A stretch of DNA of 32,000 bases from Candidatus Methylomirabilis oxygeniifera (GTDB taxonomy: Bacteria > Methylomirabilota > Methylomirabilia > Methylomirabilales > Methylomirabilaceae): positions 2,070,001 to 2,102,000 of the forward strand of contig FP565575.1 of NCBI GenBank assembly GCA_000091165.1, given 5' to 3'. Positions 19,612 through 27,944 of the stretch are shown here, piece by piece. The translations under genes and the position numbers were made by a program. The notes below the pieces were generated by a model that was not told the origin of the DNA, did no database searches, and saw only the letters and a list, made by a program, of their open reading frames with translations. Position 1 is the stretch's first letter. Every line of letters starts with the position of its first letter.

Positions 19612-20308
19612 CGTGACCATCCTGTTTTGCTTTGTAGTGAAGGGTTGTCCCATAAGGGGAGGGGCCACCGTCAAAATAGGCGCGGATTTTCTCTTTCGGC
19701 ATTCGCTTGTCGACCGATTTCTCAGTCTTCATGACGTGGTTGCCGTGGAAGTCGTGGCAGCCCAGGCAGGAGTCCCATTGCTTGTCGGCGATCAGGTCCG
19801 CATGGGACACGTCGATGGGATCTTTCTTTAAGCGGGTGTCCTTGTGGCAGTTCACGCAATAGTCGGTCTCCGCCAACGTGACACGCCTCCCCTGGTGCTC
19901 GGCGTGGCAAGAGACACACTGATGGGGACGCAGCTTTTCCCGAGCCTGGCTGAAACGGGGCTCGAGGAAGCGATAGACCGGGTGGCGGTCATTGGGTCGC
20001 TCGTGACAGGCCATGCAGTCCGCATTACCTACGGGAAGCCGTCCGAAGTAGGCGGGCACTTTACGCCAACCAACGGCATGGCGCAGATTGGCCTGAATCT
20101 GCTGGCGGAGGCTGCCTGGTGCGTTTTTATGGCAGGCCGCGCAGGCAAGCTTGCCGTGTCCTGTATTCATGGGTCCTTTCGCATGAAACCACTCCCCGAC
20201 GGGAAGCACGGTAAACGCCAGGATCGCAAATCCCAAACAGAAGCCGATCGCATAGGCGCGGTTTTGCCATTTCCGTGCCCCTCCAAGTTTCGCTCTCATG
20301 GCCGCCAC
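19604..20308 (-). CDS. Membrane-anchored multiheme (five CXXCH) cytochrome c, c3/NapC-like
   Basis: N-terminal TM (AYAIGFCLGFAILAFTVLPVGEWF) and five CXXCH: CAACHK, CMACHE, CVSCHA, CVNCHK, CLGCHD. Confidence 0.88.
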   Translation of the reverse strand: MAAMRAKLGGARKWQNRAYAIGFCLGFAILAFTVLPVGEWFHAKGPMNTGHGKLACAACHKNAPGSLRQQIQANLRHAVGWRKVPAYFGRLPVGNADCMACHERPNDRHPVYRFLEPRFSQAREKLRPHQCVSCHAEHQGRRVTLAETDYCVNCHKDTRLKKDPIDVSHADLIADKQWDSCLGCHDFHGNHVMKTEKSVDKRMPKEKIRAYFDGGPSPYGTTLHYKAKQDGHDG

Positions 20309-20419
20309 GTCAAGCTACGCGCCAGAAACTCACGCTGATGCATTAGGCCTTATCATGTCTGTCTACTGTGTAGCTTACCGGTAGCGAAGATGAAACGTCT
20401 ATTCACCCTCCGAATGAAG

Positions 20420-20465
20420 AGGGTGGGGGTGATCCGAAGGCAACCACTTGGCTCACCCCCACCCT
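20420..20465 (-). terminator. Hairpin downstream of the 95-aa protein gene
   Basis: Perfect 13-bp inverted repeat agggtgggggtga (20420-20432) / tcacccccaccct (20453-20465). Confidence 0.55.
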
Positions 20466-20497
20466 ATGCTTCCGGCCCTCAAGAGAACTTCTGAGAG

Positions 20498-20785
20498 CTA
20501 CTCGATGACCTCCATAATCCGACTCTGCACATTTGTGGCTAACTCCATGAGCTCGCTACGAAGCGCCTTGCGCTCATCGAGGGCCAAAATCTTATCGAAG
20601 TTGCTGAAGTCGCCGACCTCAATCGTAATGACCCGCTCCAACTTATTCGCCAAGTGGTCCCCATAGATGTGGAACCTCGAGACCCCTTGGTTGGCGAGCC
20701 AGAATTTTTTCATTTTACCGACTAAGAAGGCATCCAATGCGTCTTCTTTTCCTGGTGCGACTTCACACATGATGTGGTAGATCAT
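20498..20785 (-). CDS. Small hypothetical protein, possibly dimeric alpha/beta barrel
   Basis: 95 aa (MIYHIMCEVAPGKEDALDAFLVGKMKKFWLANQGVSRFHIYGDH...), RBS aaaggaggag immediately upstream. Confidence 0.75.
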   Translation of the reverse strand: MIYHIMCEVAPGKEDALDAFLVGKMKKFWLANQGVSRFHIYGDHLANKLERVITIEVGDFSNFDKILALDERKALRSELMELATNVQSRIMEVIE

Positions 20786-21019
20786 CGTTGCTCCTCCTTT
20801 GACATCGGGTGTACGTTATGGTTGCCTTTCCTCGCCCCTGCACACGTCATCGATCACCCCCTCTCGGGATCAGTGCGTCGAACTGCCGCATACTCATCGA
20901 TCGCTTCGAGTGCTCTTGGGGGGCGCGCCGACTGTCGTCATTGAGTGCGATCCTGACGCACGCCTGCTACTGTAGCACTTAGCCATCATTCAGCGCACCG
21001 CTGCCATTGGGCTTAACGA

Positions 21020-21400
21020 CTATCGTCCTCCGGTAAAGCCTCTGACATAGACAACCAGATCCTTGATCTCGGACTCGGAAAACTTTAGCCCATATGCCGG
21101 CATCCCCCCCTTACTACCCTGCTTAATACTCCTGAAGAGGGCGTCATCGGACCGTGTTTGCATAAAGGCTGAGTTGGTTAAGTCTGGCACCCTAAACATA
21201 AAAAAAAGTGCTAATGCCTGAAACCCATTCCCCTTGCCGCTGGTGCCGTGGCATCTGGAGCATTTTGACTCGAAGTTCGACTGCCCGCTTACCGCACTTT
21301 TCGTCTCCGCGCCGGACGCGGAAGAGGCCCCCACAACGAACAACATCACCATCACGCCTAACCACTGGCAACGGAGCCGGGACAGAAAAAAAACGCGCAT
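21020..21400 (-). CDS. Monoheme cytochrome c, exported
   Basis: Signal MRVFFLSRLRCQWLGVMVMLFVVGASSASG, FESKCSRCHGTSGKGNG..., distal Met region GGMPAYGLKFSESEIKDLVVYVR. Track ORF extends to 21445, but ATG 21400 is the better start. Confidence 0.88.
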   Translation of the reverse strand: MRVFFLSRLRCQWLGVMVMLFVVGASSASGAETKSAVSGQSNFESKCSRCHGTSGKGNGFQALALFFMFRVPDLTNSAFMQTRSDDALFRSIKQGSKGGMPAYGLKFSESEIKDLVVYVRGFTGGR

Positions 21401-21577
21401 CGTAATTGCCCTCCTCTCATCTAAAGGTGTAACCTGTGCGTGCATCGTTTTGTCACTCGTGTATACGTGGTTAGTGCGCTAACTCCATGATACCAAAGGG
21501 TCACGACCGGAACAATGCTTTTAAGCTGTAACGTTCGGGGTCGGATCTCACGTGTGAGGCGTCCGCGTTGACAAAGC

Positions 21578-21618
21578 GATACCTCCCAGCCAGCGCTACC
21601 ACTGTACTGGGAGGTATC
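21578..21618 (-). terminator. Hairpin downstream of nod copy 1
   Basis: 12-bp inverted repeat gatacctcccag (21578-21589) / ctgggaggtatc (21607-21618), 37 nt beyond the stop; no clear T-tract. Confidence 0.5.
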
Positions 21619-21654
21619 AGCATGAAGTGTGCTGTGCCTACCTGGATTCTCAGG

Positions 21655-24081
21655 TTAGAATGCCTCGTCGCCGGCCGCCCAAGCCTCCCGCTCCTTCGCC
21701 TTCTCCCTGTCGTAGATGGTCCATTCACCTTCCTCGACGACAGAGGCTTCGCGGACCATCCGCCCTGCTCTTGACAGAATGAAATAGACGAGAGGCAACA
21801 CGCCGCCAAACAGGAAGACCGCGCCGCCGATCGTGCGCATCCACGTCAAGGTAATCCACACACTATCCGTGACGTGCGCCTGTGCTCGGGCAGCCCAAAG
21901 GCCTTCCTTGAAGACGGTTGCAACCTGGTACAGACCGACAGGGAACAAGTCCAACATCATCATCAGCACCAAGCCGACCTGCAACGACCAGAAAATGCCC
22001 TTGATCAGCTTCTCATTCCAGGCAGAGCGCTGGAACAGGTGCTGGCAGGCAAACAGCATACCGGCAATGGCGATGTTACCCTTGACACCGAACATGGCGG
22101 CATGGGCATGGTTGCCGGTGAGGTAGGTGCCGTGCTCATAGTAGTTGACGATGGGCAGGTTGATCAACGAGCCGAAGACACCCGCGCCGAAGATGTTCCA
22201 GAAGTTGACGGCAAGAATGAACGTCCAGACGCCGTCCATCACGAAGCGCTGCTTACCCTCGGCAATGTTTTCATGGGCCTTGGTCCGCTCCGTCCGCATC
22301 TTCCAGGCGTCCAGGGTGATCAACAGCAGCGGCAGCACCTGCATGGTGGAGAAGACGCTGCCCAGTGCGATGATCCCTGTCGGCTTGGCGATCCAGTAGA
22401 AGTTGTGGGAGATCCCGATCAGGGCGGTTACCAGGAACATCATGACGGCCAGGAAGATAACCCGCTCGGCCATCGCCCGGTTGACCAGACCCATCTGCAC
22501 CAGCATGTACCCAACGATACAGGTGGTGAAGACCTCGAAGGTGACCTCAACCCACATGTGAATGTTCATCCACCGCCAGTAGTCGGCGATGGCGAAGTTC
22601 TGCGATGGGGTCATGAACATCCCGAAGAACAGGAACAGCACCATGATACCGCTGCCGTAGAACAGCCAAGCCGGCACTGACCAGAGGTTCTGGCTGGTGA
22701 TCCAGGGCTTCACAGCGCGGAAGATGATGTAGACCCACAGACAGAACGAGGCCAGCATCAGGATATGCCAGAAGCGGCCCAGCTCCAGGAACTCCCAGCC
22801 CTGGCTGCCGAACCAGTAGGCCATGTCGTCGGTCATGTACCCCGTGTGGCCAAGGTAGATGCCGAACAGCGCGCCTGCGCCGACGATCAGACATAGTGTA
22901 AAGAGCAGGTTGATCAGGAACCGCTGGCCGTTCGGCACCTTCGAAATGCGGGGCAGGAAGAAGAGAGTGTAGCCGACCCAGGCCATGAAGAACCAGTAGA
23001 TCTGCACAATGGTATGCCACCCGCGAGTAACGGTGAAGGGGATGGTGAACCCCAATACCGTTGTGGCGATGGCACTACCCGGTCCACCGCCGACGAAATC
23101 TTCGGCGCTCAGGATACCGGCCAGCACCTGCACCAGGAACAGGATGACAGCGAACGCAAAGAACTTATAGGTGGCGCGCTGAGTCGGCCGCACATAGGCA
23201 TCGCCCTTGTTTTCAAGGTCGACCGTGGTGAGCGACCAATCGCGCCCGTTGAACGGCTCGCCGGGCAGGACCTTCATCTCCCCGTAGACGTACAGGACCA
23301 GCATGGTGCCACAGAACAGCACGAAGATCGAGATGAAACTCCAGAGATAGGTCTCGAACGTCGGAGTATTACCGACTAGCGGATCGGGTGGCCAGTTGTG
23401 AGTGTAGGTATAGTCAAAACCCGGCCGATTCGCCCCGGAGACCCAACCTCCCCAGAAGAAATATCCCGCTAGTGCTTTGAGGTCTTCAGGGCTACTGATA
23501 TGATTCTCGATCCTGCCCTTCATGAACGCTTCTTCGTAGGTGGCATCCGTAAACATGCGCGTATAGTGCGTGATCAACTCCTGATACGCAAAGACCTGAG
23601 CCGGATTGATACGGATGATGTTAGCAGCCGCATCATACCCGTTCTCATGGATTTCGCGCTTGACCCTGACCGAGATCATATCGCGATCCGCCTGGGTGAC
23701 GGGACGCTCCTTCGCGATCTCATTTTCGTAGAACTTGCTCATTGATACATAGGTATGGTGTAGTGCTTCAGCGGTGAAATCCGGACCGCGTTCACCGCCG
23801 TCTCCCCAAAAAGAGCCATAGGTCATCAGACCTTTCAGATGAAAGACCTGTTTCCCGCGCTGGATCTGCCACTCGGGGATGACGGTTTCTCCGGTAGATG
23901 ACAAGACATAATTGGTCAATGGCGGAGCTGAGGTATAAGTCCATACACCGAGGGCAACCAACCCAATGACACTGATAACGGTCACGATCAAGGCGTGAAG
24001 CCACCAGTACTTCTTAATCAGCAAGGCTTGGCCGAAGGTCCTATTAGTTTTCCCCATTCCACTACTTGAACTAGATCTCAT
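21655..24081 (-). CDS. nod: qNor-family membrane protein, putative nitric oxide dismutase (copy 1)
   Basis: Long qNor-like protein (track 815 aa to 24102; ATG 24081 follows a GGAGGT RBS). N-terminal TM and large periplasmic domain, then HCuO-type TM core: RWMNIHMWVEVTFEVF, GISHNFYWI, FSTMQVLPLL. SHN and MQV replace the HH and EV of canonical qNor. Confidence 0.93.
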   Translation of the reverse strand: MRSSSSSGMGKTNRTFGQALLIKKYWWLHALIVTVISVIGLVALGVWTYTSAPPLTNYVLSSTGETVIPEWQIQRGKQVFHLKGLMTYGSFWGDGGERGPDFTAEALHHTYVSMSKFYENEIAKERPVTQADRDMISVRVKREIHENGYDAAANIIRINPAQVFAYQELITHYTRMFTDATYEEAFMKGRIENHISSPEDLKALAGYFFWGGWVSGANRPGFDYTYTHNWPPDPLVGNTPTFETYLWSFISIFVLFCGTMLVLYVYGEMKVLPGEPFNGRDWSLTTVDLENKGDAYVRPTQRATYKFFAFAVILFLVQVLAGILSAEDFVGGGPGSAIATTVLGFTIPFTVTRGWHTIVQIYWFFMAWVGYTLFFLPRISKVPNGQRFLINLLFTLCLIVGAGALFGIYLGHTGYMTDDMAYWFGSQGWEFLELGRFWHILMLASFCLWVYIIFRAVKPWITSQNLWSVPAWLFYGSGIMVLFLFFGMFMTPSQNFAIADYWRWMNIHMWVEVTFEVFTTCIVGYMLVQMGLVNRAMAERVIFLAVMMFLVTALIGISHNFYWIAKPTGIIALGSVFSTMQVLPLLLITLDAWKMRTERTKAHENIAEGKQRFVMDGVWTFILAVNFWNIFGAGVFGSLINLPIVNYYEHGTYLTGNHAHAAMFGVKGNIAIAGMLFACQHLFQRSAWNEKLIKGIFWSLQVGLVLMMMLDLFPVGLYQVATVFKEGLWAARAQAHVTDSVWITLTWMRTIGGAVFLFGGVLPLVYFILSRAGRMVREASVVEEGEWTIYDREKAKEREAWAAGDEAF

Positions 24082-24378
24082 CGCTACCTCCTGTGGCCAC
24101 ACCTTTTACTGAGGTGGTCACATTCCCATTTCCACTGCTTGTTCTTTTCTTTCCATCCAATCTTTCCATCCAAGTCATCGTTGATGCCTATCGCGTCGGG
24201 GGCGCACGTACTTGGTCGGCAAACCGGAGACCGCGGGTTAGCCGCCCAAAGCCTGATCGACCATCCGGTAACCCTTTGCTCAACCTCTCGATCCACGTCA
24301 TAGGCCTCATGAGCGCACTCCTCCTTGACTCCAGCGCCATCAGCTTACAGTCAAAATGTAGACTCTCCGGCAGGGCTT

Positions 24379-24414
24379 GTAAATTGGATGATCGGCTTAA
24401 TTTTCGATGCAAAT
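24379..24414. promoter_or_regulatory. Putative cis-regulatory motif upstream of nod copy 1
   Basis: gtaaat-N21-gatgcaaatg, same spacing and boxes as the two motifs upstream of nod copy 2. Confidence 0.45.
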
Positions 24415-24859
24415 GCATTAGTCCTGTGGAGTGTAATTGTTGGCCTCAGAACCAGTAAGCCGTGTTAACCACCCGGCGGGACAAATCGGCAGAGGGTCTG
24501 TCCAGGAGGGGTGAGACGACTATCTTTTCAAGTCACTTGCATCGGCCGGGATAAGCTCCAGGCGTTACTATAGAACACCGTTATAGGTATTATAGGACGC
24601 GGTCGACACTAAGTCAAGCGGTCGCGTCCCATAGTGGCCAGATGACCCACGTTAACTCTTCGGCGCGATAATAACAACGTTCTACTTATTCTTATTGAGG
24701 ATGGGGAAGATTTGGAGGGTGTGGAGATTGTCGGGAGAGCGCACTTCGAGCGAGCAAAGGCGTGCATAGGACTACGAAAGCGGTCAGAGGTCAGGCGGGT
24801 ATCCGGCGGCTTGTGCGGCTGGCCAGCCTCAGAAGAAGGGATGGGGGAGCATAAAAAAC

Positions 24860-24901
24860 AATACCCCCCGGCACAACATCTCTGTTGTGCCGGGGGGTAT
24901 T
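24860..24901 (-). terminator. Rho-independent terminator of nod copy 2
   Basis: Perfect 19-bp stem aataccccccggcacaaca / tgttgtgccggggggtatt, 4-nt loop; followed on the minus strand by TGTTTTTTAT. Confidence 0.93.
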
Positions 24902-24941
24902 GAAAGTGCGTGCTACTTACGTGCAGACTAAGAACGTTAGA

Positions 24942-27374
24942 CTAGAACGCCTCGTCAGAAGCGGCCCAAGCCTCTCGCTCTTTCGCCTTCTCTCTGTCGT
25001 AGATCGTCCACTCGCCCTCTTCAACGACGGCAGCTTCGCGGACCATCCGTCCAGCCCTCGACAGAATGAACCAGCACAGAGGCAGAACACCACCGAACAG
25101 GAAGACCACGCCGCCGATTGACCGAAGCCAAGTCAGCGTGTGCCATACCTCGTTGGTGACGAACGACTGCTGGCGGCCATACCAGAACCCATACTGGAAG
25201 ATGTGGGCGAGCTGATACAGACCGACCGGGAACATATCCATGAGCATCATCATCACGATGCCGACCTGCAGGGACCAAAAGACAGTCTTGATCAGCTTCT
25301 CATTCCAGGCAGAGCGCTGGAACAGGTGCTGGCAGGCAAACAGCATACCGGCAATGGCGATGTTACCCTTGACACCGAACATGGCGCCATGGGCATGGTT
25401 GTTGGTGAGGTAGGTGCCGTGCTCATAGTAGTTGACGATGGGCAGGTTGATCAACGAGCCCATGACACCGGCACCGAAGATGTTCCAGAAGTTGACGGCG
25501 AGGATGAACGTCCAGACACCGTCCATCACGAAGCGCTGCTTGCCCTCAGAAAGGTGCTCATGGGCCTTGGTCCGCTCCGTCCGCATCTTCCAGGCGTCCA
25601 GGGTGATCAACAGCAGCGGCAGCACCTGCATGGTGGAGAAGACGCTGCCCAGTGCGATGATCCCTGTCGGCTTGGCGATCCAGTAGAAGTTGTGGGAGAT
25701 CCCGATCAGGGCGGTTACCAGGAACATCATGACGGCCAGGAAGATAACCCGCTCGGCCATCGCCCGGTTGACCAGACCCATCTGCACCAGCATGTACCCA
25801 ACGATACAGGTGGTGAAGACCTCGAAGGTGACCTCAACCCACATGTGAATGTTCATCCACCGCCAGTAGTCGGAGATGGCGAAGTTCTGCGATGGGGTCA
25901 TGAACATCCCGAAGAACAGGAACAGCACCATGATACCGCTGCCGTAGAACAGCCAAGCCGGCACTGACCAGAGGTTCTGGCTGGTGATCCAGGGCTTCAC
26001 AGCGCGGAAGATGATGTAGACCCACAGACAGAACGAGGCCAGCATCAGGATATGCCAGAAGCGGCCCAGCTCCAGGAACTCCCAGCCCTGGCTGCCGAAC
26101 CAGTAGGCCATGTCGTCGGTCAGCATACCAGTGTGGCCGGCATAAATCCCGAACAGCGCACCGGCGCCAACGAGCACGCACAGCGCAAAGAGTAGGTTGA
26201 TCAGGAACCGCTGCCCGTTGGGTACCTTCGAAATGCGGGGCAGGAAGAAAAGGGTGTAGCCAACCCAGGCCATGAAGAACCAGTAGATCTGGACGATGGC
26301 ATGATAGCTTCGGACGACGCTGAAGGGGATGACGAGTCCGAACGCGCCCAAGATCGCTTCACCCGGTCCACCGCCGACGAAATCCTCGGCGCCCAGGATA
26401 CCGGCCAGCACCTGCACCAGGAACAGGATGACAGCGAACGCAAAGAACTTATAGGTGGCGCGCTGAGTCGGCCGCACATAGGCATCGCCCTTGTTTTCAA
26501 GGTCGACCGTGGTGAGCGACCAATCGCGCCCGTTGAACGGCTCGCCGGGCAGGGACTTCATTTCGCCATAGACGTACAGGACCAGCATGGTGCCAGCGAA
26601 CAGCACGAGGATCGAGAGGAAGCTCCAGATGTACGTCGCGTACGTCGGGAGGTTGCCGGCATCAGGATCATACGGCCAGTTGTGGGTATAGCTGTAGATC
26701 TCGCCCGGTCGATTTGCGCCGGCTACCCAGCCGCCCCAGAAGAAGTAACCCGCCAATCCCTTGATGTCCTCCGGGTTGCTGACATAGCTCTGAATCCGAC
26801 CCTTCTGGAATGCCTCTTCATAGGTGGGATCGGTGAACATCTTGGTGTAATGGTCGACCAATTCATTATACGCAAAGATCTGGGCATCGTTCAGGCGGAT
26901 GACGCCTGCTGCTGCGTCATAACCGTTCTGATGAATCTCTCGCTTGACCTTTCCCGCGATCCCGTCCTTCTCGTCCTGGGTTGCGGGGCGGCCCTGCTCT
27001 TTCTCAATCTGCATCTCATAGTACTTGCCCATGGAGACGAAGGTTCGATGCAGAGCTTCTGCGGTGAAATCCGGTCCGCGCTCTGCGCCGTCACCCCAGA
27101 AGGATCCGTAGAGCATCAGACCCTTCAGGTGAAACACCTGCTTTCCACGATTCATGGAATGCTCAGCAATGACCACGTCCCCTGATTTGCTTACGAAGTT
27201 AACCAGAGGGGGAGCGCCCGCGTAGGTCCAGACGCCGAGAGCAATCAAACCGATGGTGCTAATCGCGGTAACGATCAAAGCATGAAGCCACCAATACTTC
27301 TTGATAAGTAGTACTTGTGCAAATGTCCTCTCGTTCTTGCCCTTTGCTGCAGTTCCGCTGGGATTCGGACTCAT
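24942..27374 (-). CDS. nod: qNor-family membrane protein, putative nitric oxide dismutase (copy 2)
   Basis: Track 823 aa to 27413; ATG 27374 preceded by GGGAGGTAAC. Near-identical core to copy 1 including HMWVEVTFE, GISHNFYW, FSTMQVLPLL. Confidence 0.93.
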   Translation of the reverse strand: MSPNPSGTAAKGKNERTFAQVLLIKKYWWLHALIVTAISTIGLIALGVWTYAGAPPLVNFVSKSGDVVIAEHSMNRGKQVFHLKGLMLYGSFWGDGAERGPDFTAEALHRTFVSMGKYYEMQIEKEQGRPATQDEKDGIAGKVKREIHQNGYDAAAGVIRLNDAQIFAYNELVDHYTKMFTDPTYEEAFQKGRIQSYVSNPEDIKGLAGYFFWGGWVAGANRPGEIYSYTHNWPYDPDAGNLPTYATYIWSFLSILVLFAGTMLVLYVYGEMKSLPGEPFNGRDWSLTTVDLENKGDAYVRPTQRATYKFFAFAVILFLVQVLAGILGAEDFVGGGPGEAILGAFGLVIPFSVVRSYHAIVQIYWFFMAWVGYTLFFLPRISKVPNGQRFLINLLFALCVLVGAGALFGIYAGHTGMLTDDMAYWFGSQGWEFLELGRFWHILMLASFCLWVYIIFRAVKPWITSQNLWSVPAWLFYGSGIMVLFLFFGMFMTPSQNFAISDYWRWMNIHMWVEVTFEVFTTCIVGYMLVQMGLVNRAMAERVIFLAVMMFLVTALIGISHNFYWIAKPTGIIALGSVFSTMQVLPLLLITLDAWKMRTERTKAHEHLSEGKQRFVMDGVWTFILAVNFWNIFGAGVMGSLINLPIVNYYEHGTYLTNNHAHGAMFGVKGNIAIAGMLFACQHLFQRSAWNEKLIKTVFWSLQVGIVMMMLMDMFPVGLYQLAHIFQYGFWYGRQQSFVTNEVWHTLTWLRSIGGVVFLFGGVLPLCWFILSRAGRMVREAAVVEEGEWTIYDREKAKEREAWAASDEAF

Positions 27375-27623
27375 TGTTACCTCCCGTGGTTCTACCTCAT
27401 TCGAGGTGACCACCTTGCATTGTTATTACCGTGCCGTCTTGAGTTGGGATGATCCCAATTCACCGGGGGCGCCCGCGCTTCGCGAACAGTGCACAGGGCG
27501 CGGGTTTGACGGCAACCGCCTGTTGGAACAGGCGGTGACCCGCTACACTGCTTACCGATTCTCATCATACCGTCCATGGGGAACGCCTCCTCTGCGCCAA
27601 TACTGCGATCCCCTGTAGGCTTT

Positions 27624-27660
27624 GTAAATCCTGCGACTGAATCAATCCGCGATGCATATG
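27624..27660. promoter_or_regulatory. Putative cis-regulatory motif upstream of nod copy 2 (proximal)
   Basis: gtaaatcctgcgactgaatcaatccgcgatgcatatg; direct repeat of 27693-27730. Confidence 0.5.
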
Positions 27661-27692
27661 TACTATACTATTTACTATCCTCAGTGAGACTC

Positions 27693-27730
27693 GTAAATCC
27701 TGCGATTGACTCAATATGCTGATGCATATG
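27693..27730. promoter_or_regulatory. Putative cis-regulatory motif upstream of nod copy 2 (distal)
   Basis: gtaaatcctgcgattgactcaatatgctgatgcatatg; enclosed by inverted repeat cctcagtgag (27679-27688) / ctcactgagg (27736-27745). Confidence 0.5.
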
Positions 27731-27944
27731 CACCACTCACTGAGGTTTTAGAGAGATCCCAGGGACGCGAGAGGGTAAAACATATAAAACAGGGTTTACC
27801 CGATCACGCAGTAACCCGACGATCTGTCGGTCGGTCCATGGCGCGGTGCTTATCAAGACTGCGTCCATCAGAACAGTATTCTGATACACAATAGAAGAAC
27901 CGATCCTCACTAGATTTGGCTGTGAATCGCTTCATCCTCGCCCA

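Noticed and set aside
21874-22680. 268-aa plus-strand ORF, with an almost identical 275-aa ORF at 25140-25967
   Set aside because: The similarity between the two only reflects the nod duplication; both are antisense shadows with repetitive VxQVHQRxxD-type composition.
21655-27413. Calling the tandem genes ordinary quinol-dependent NO reductases (norZ)
   Set aside because: Overall fold matches, but SHN and MQV replace key His and Glu in both copies; putative NO dismutase is the better call, pending experiment.
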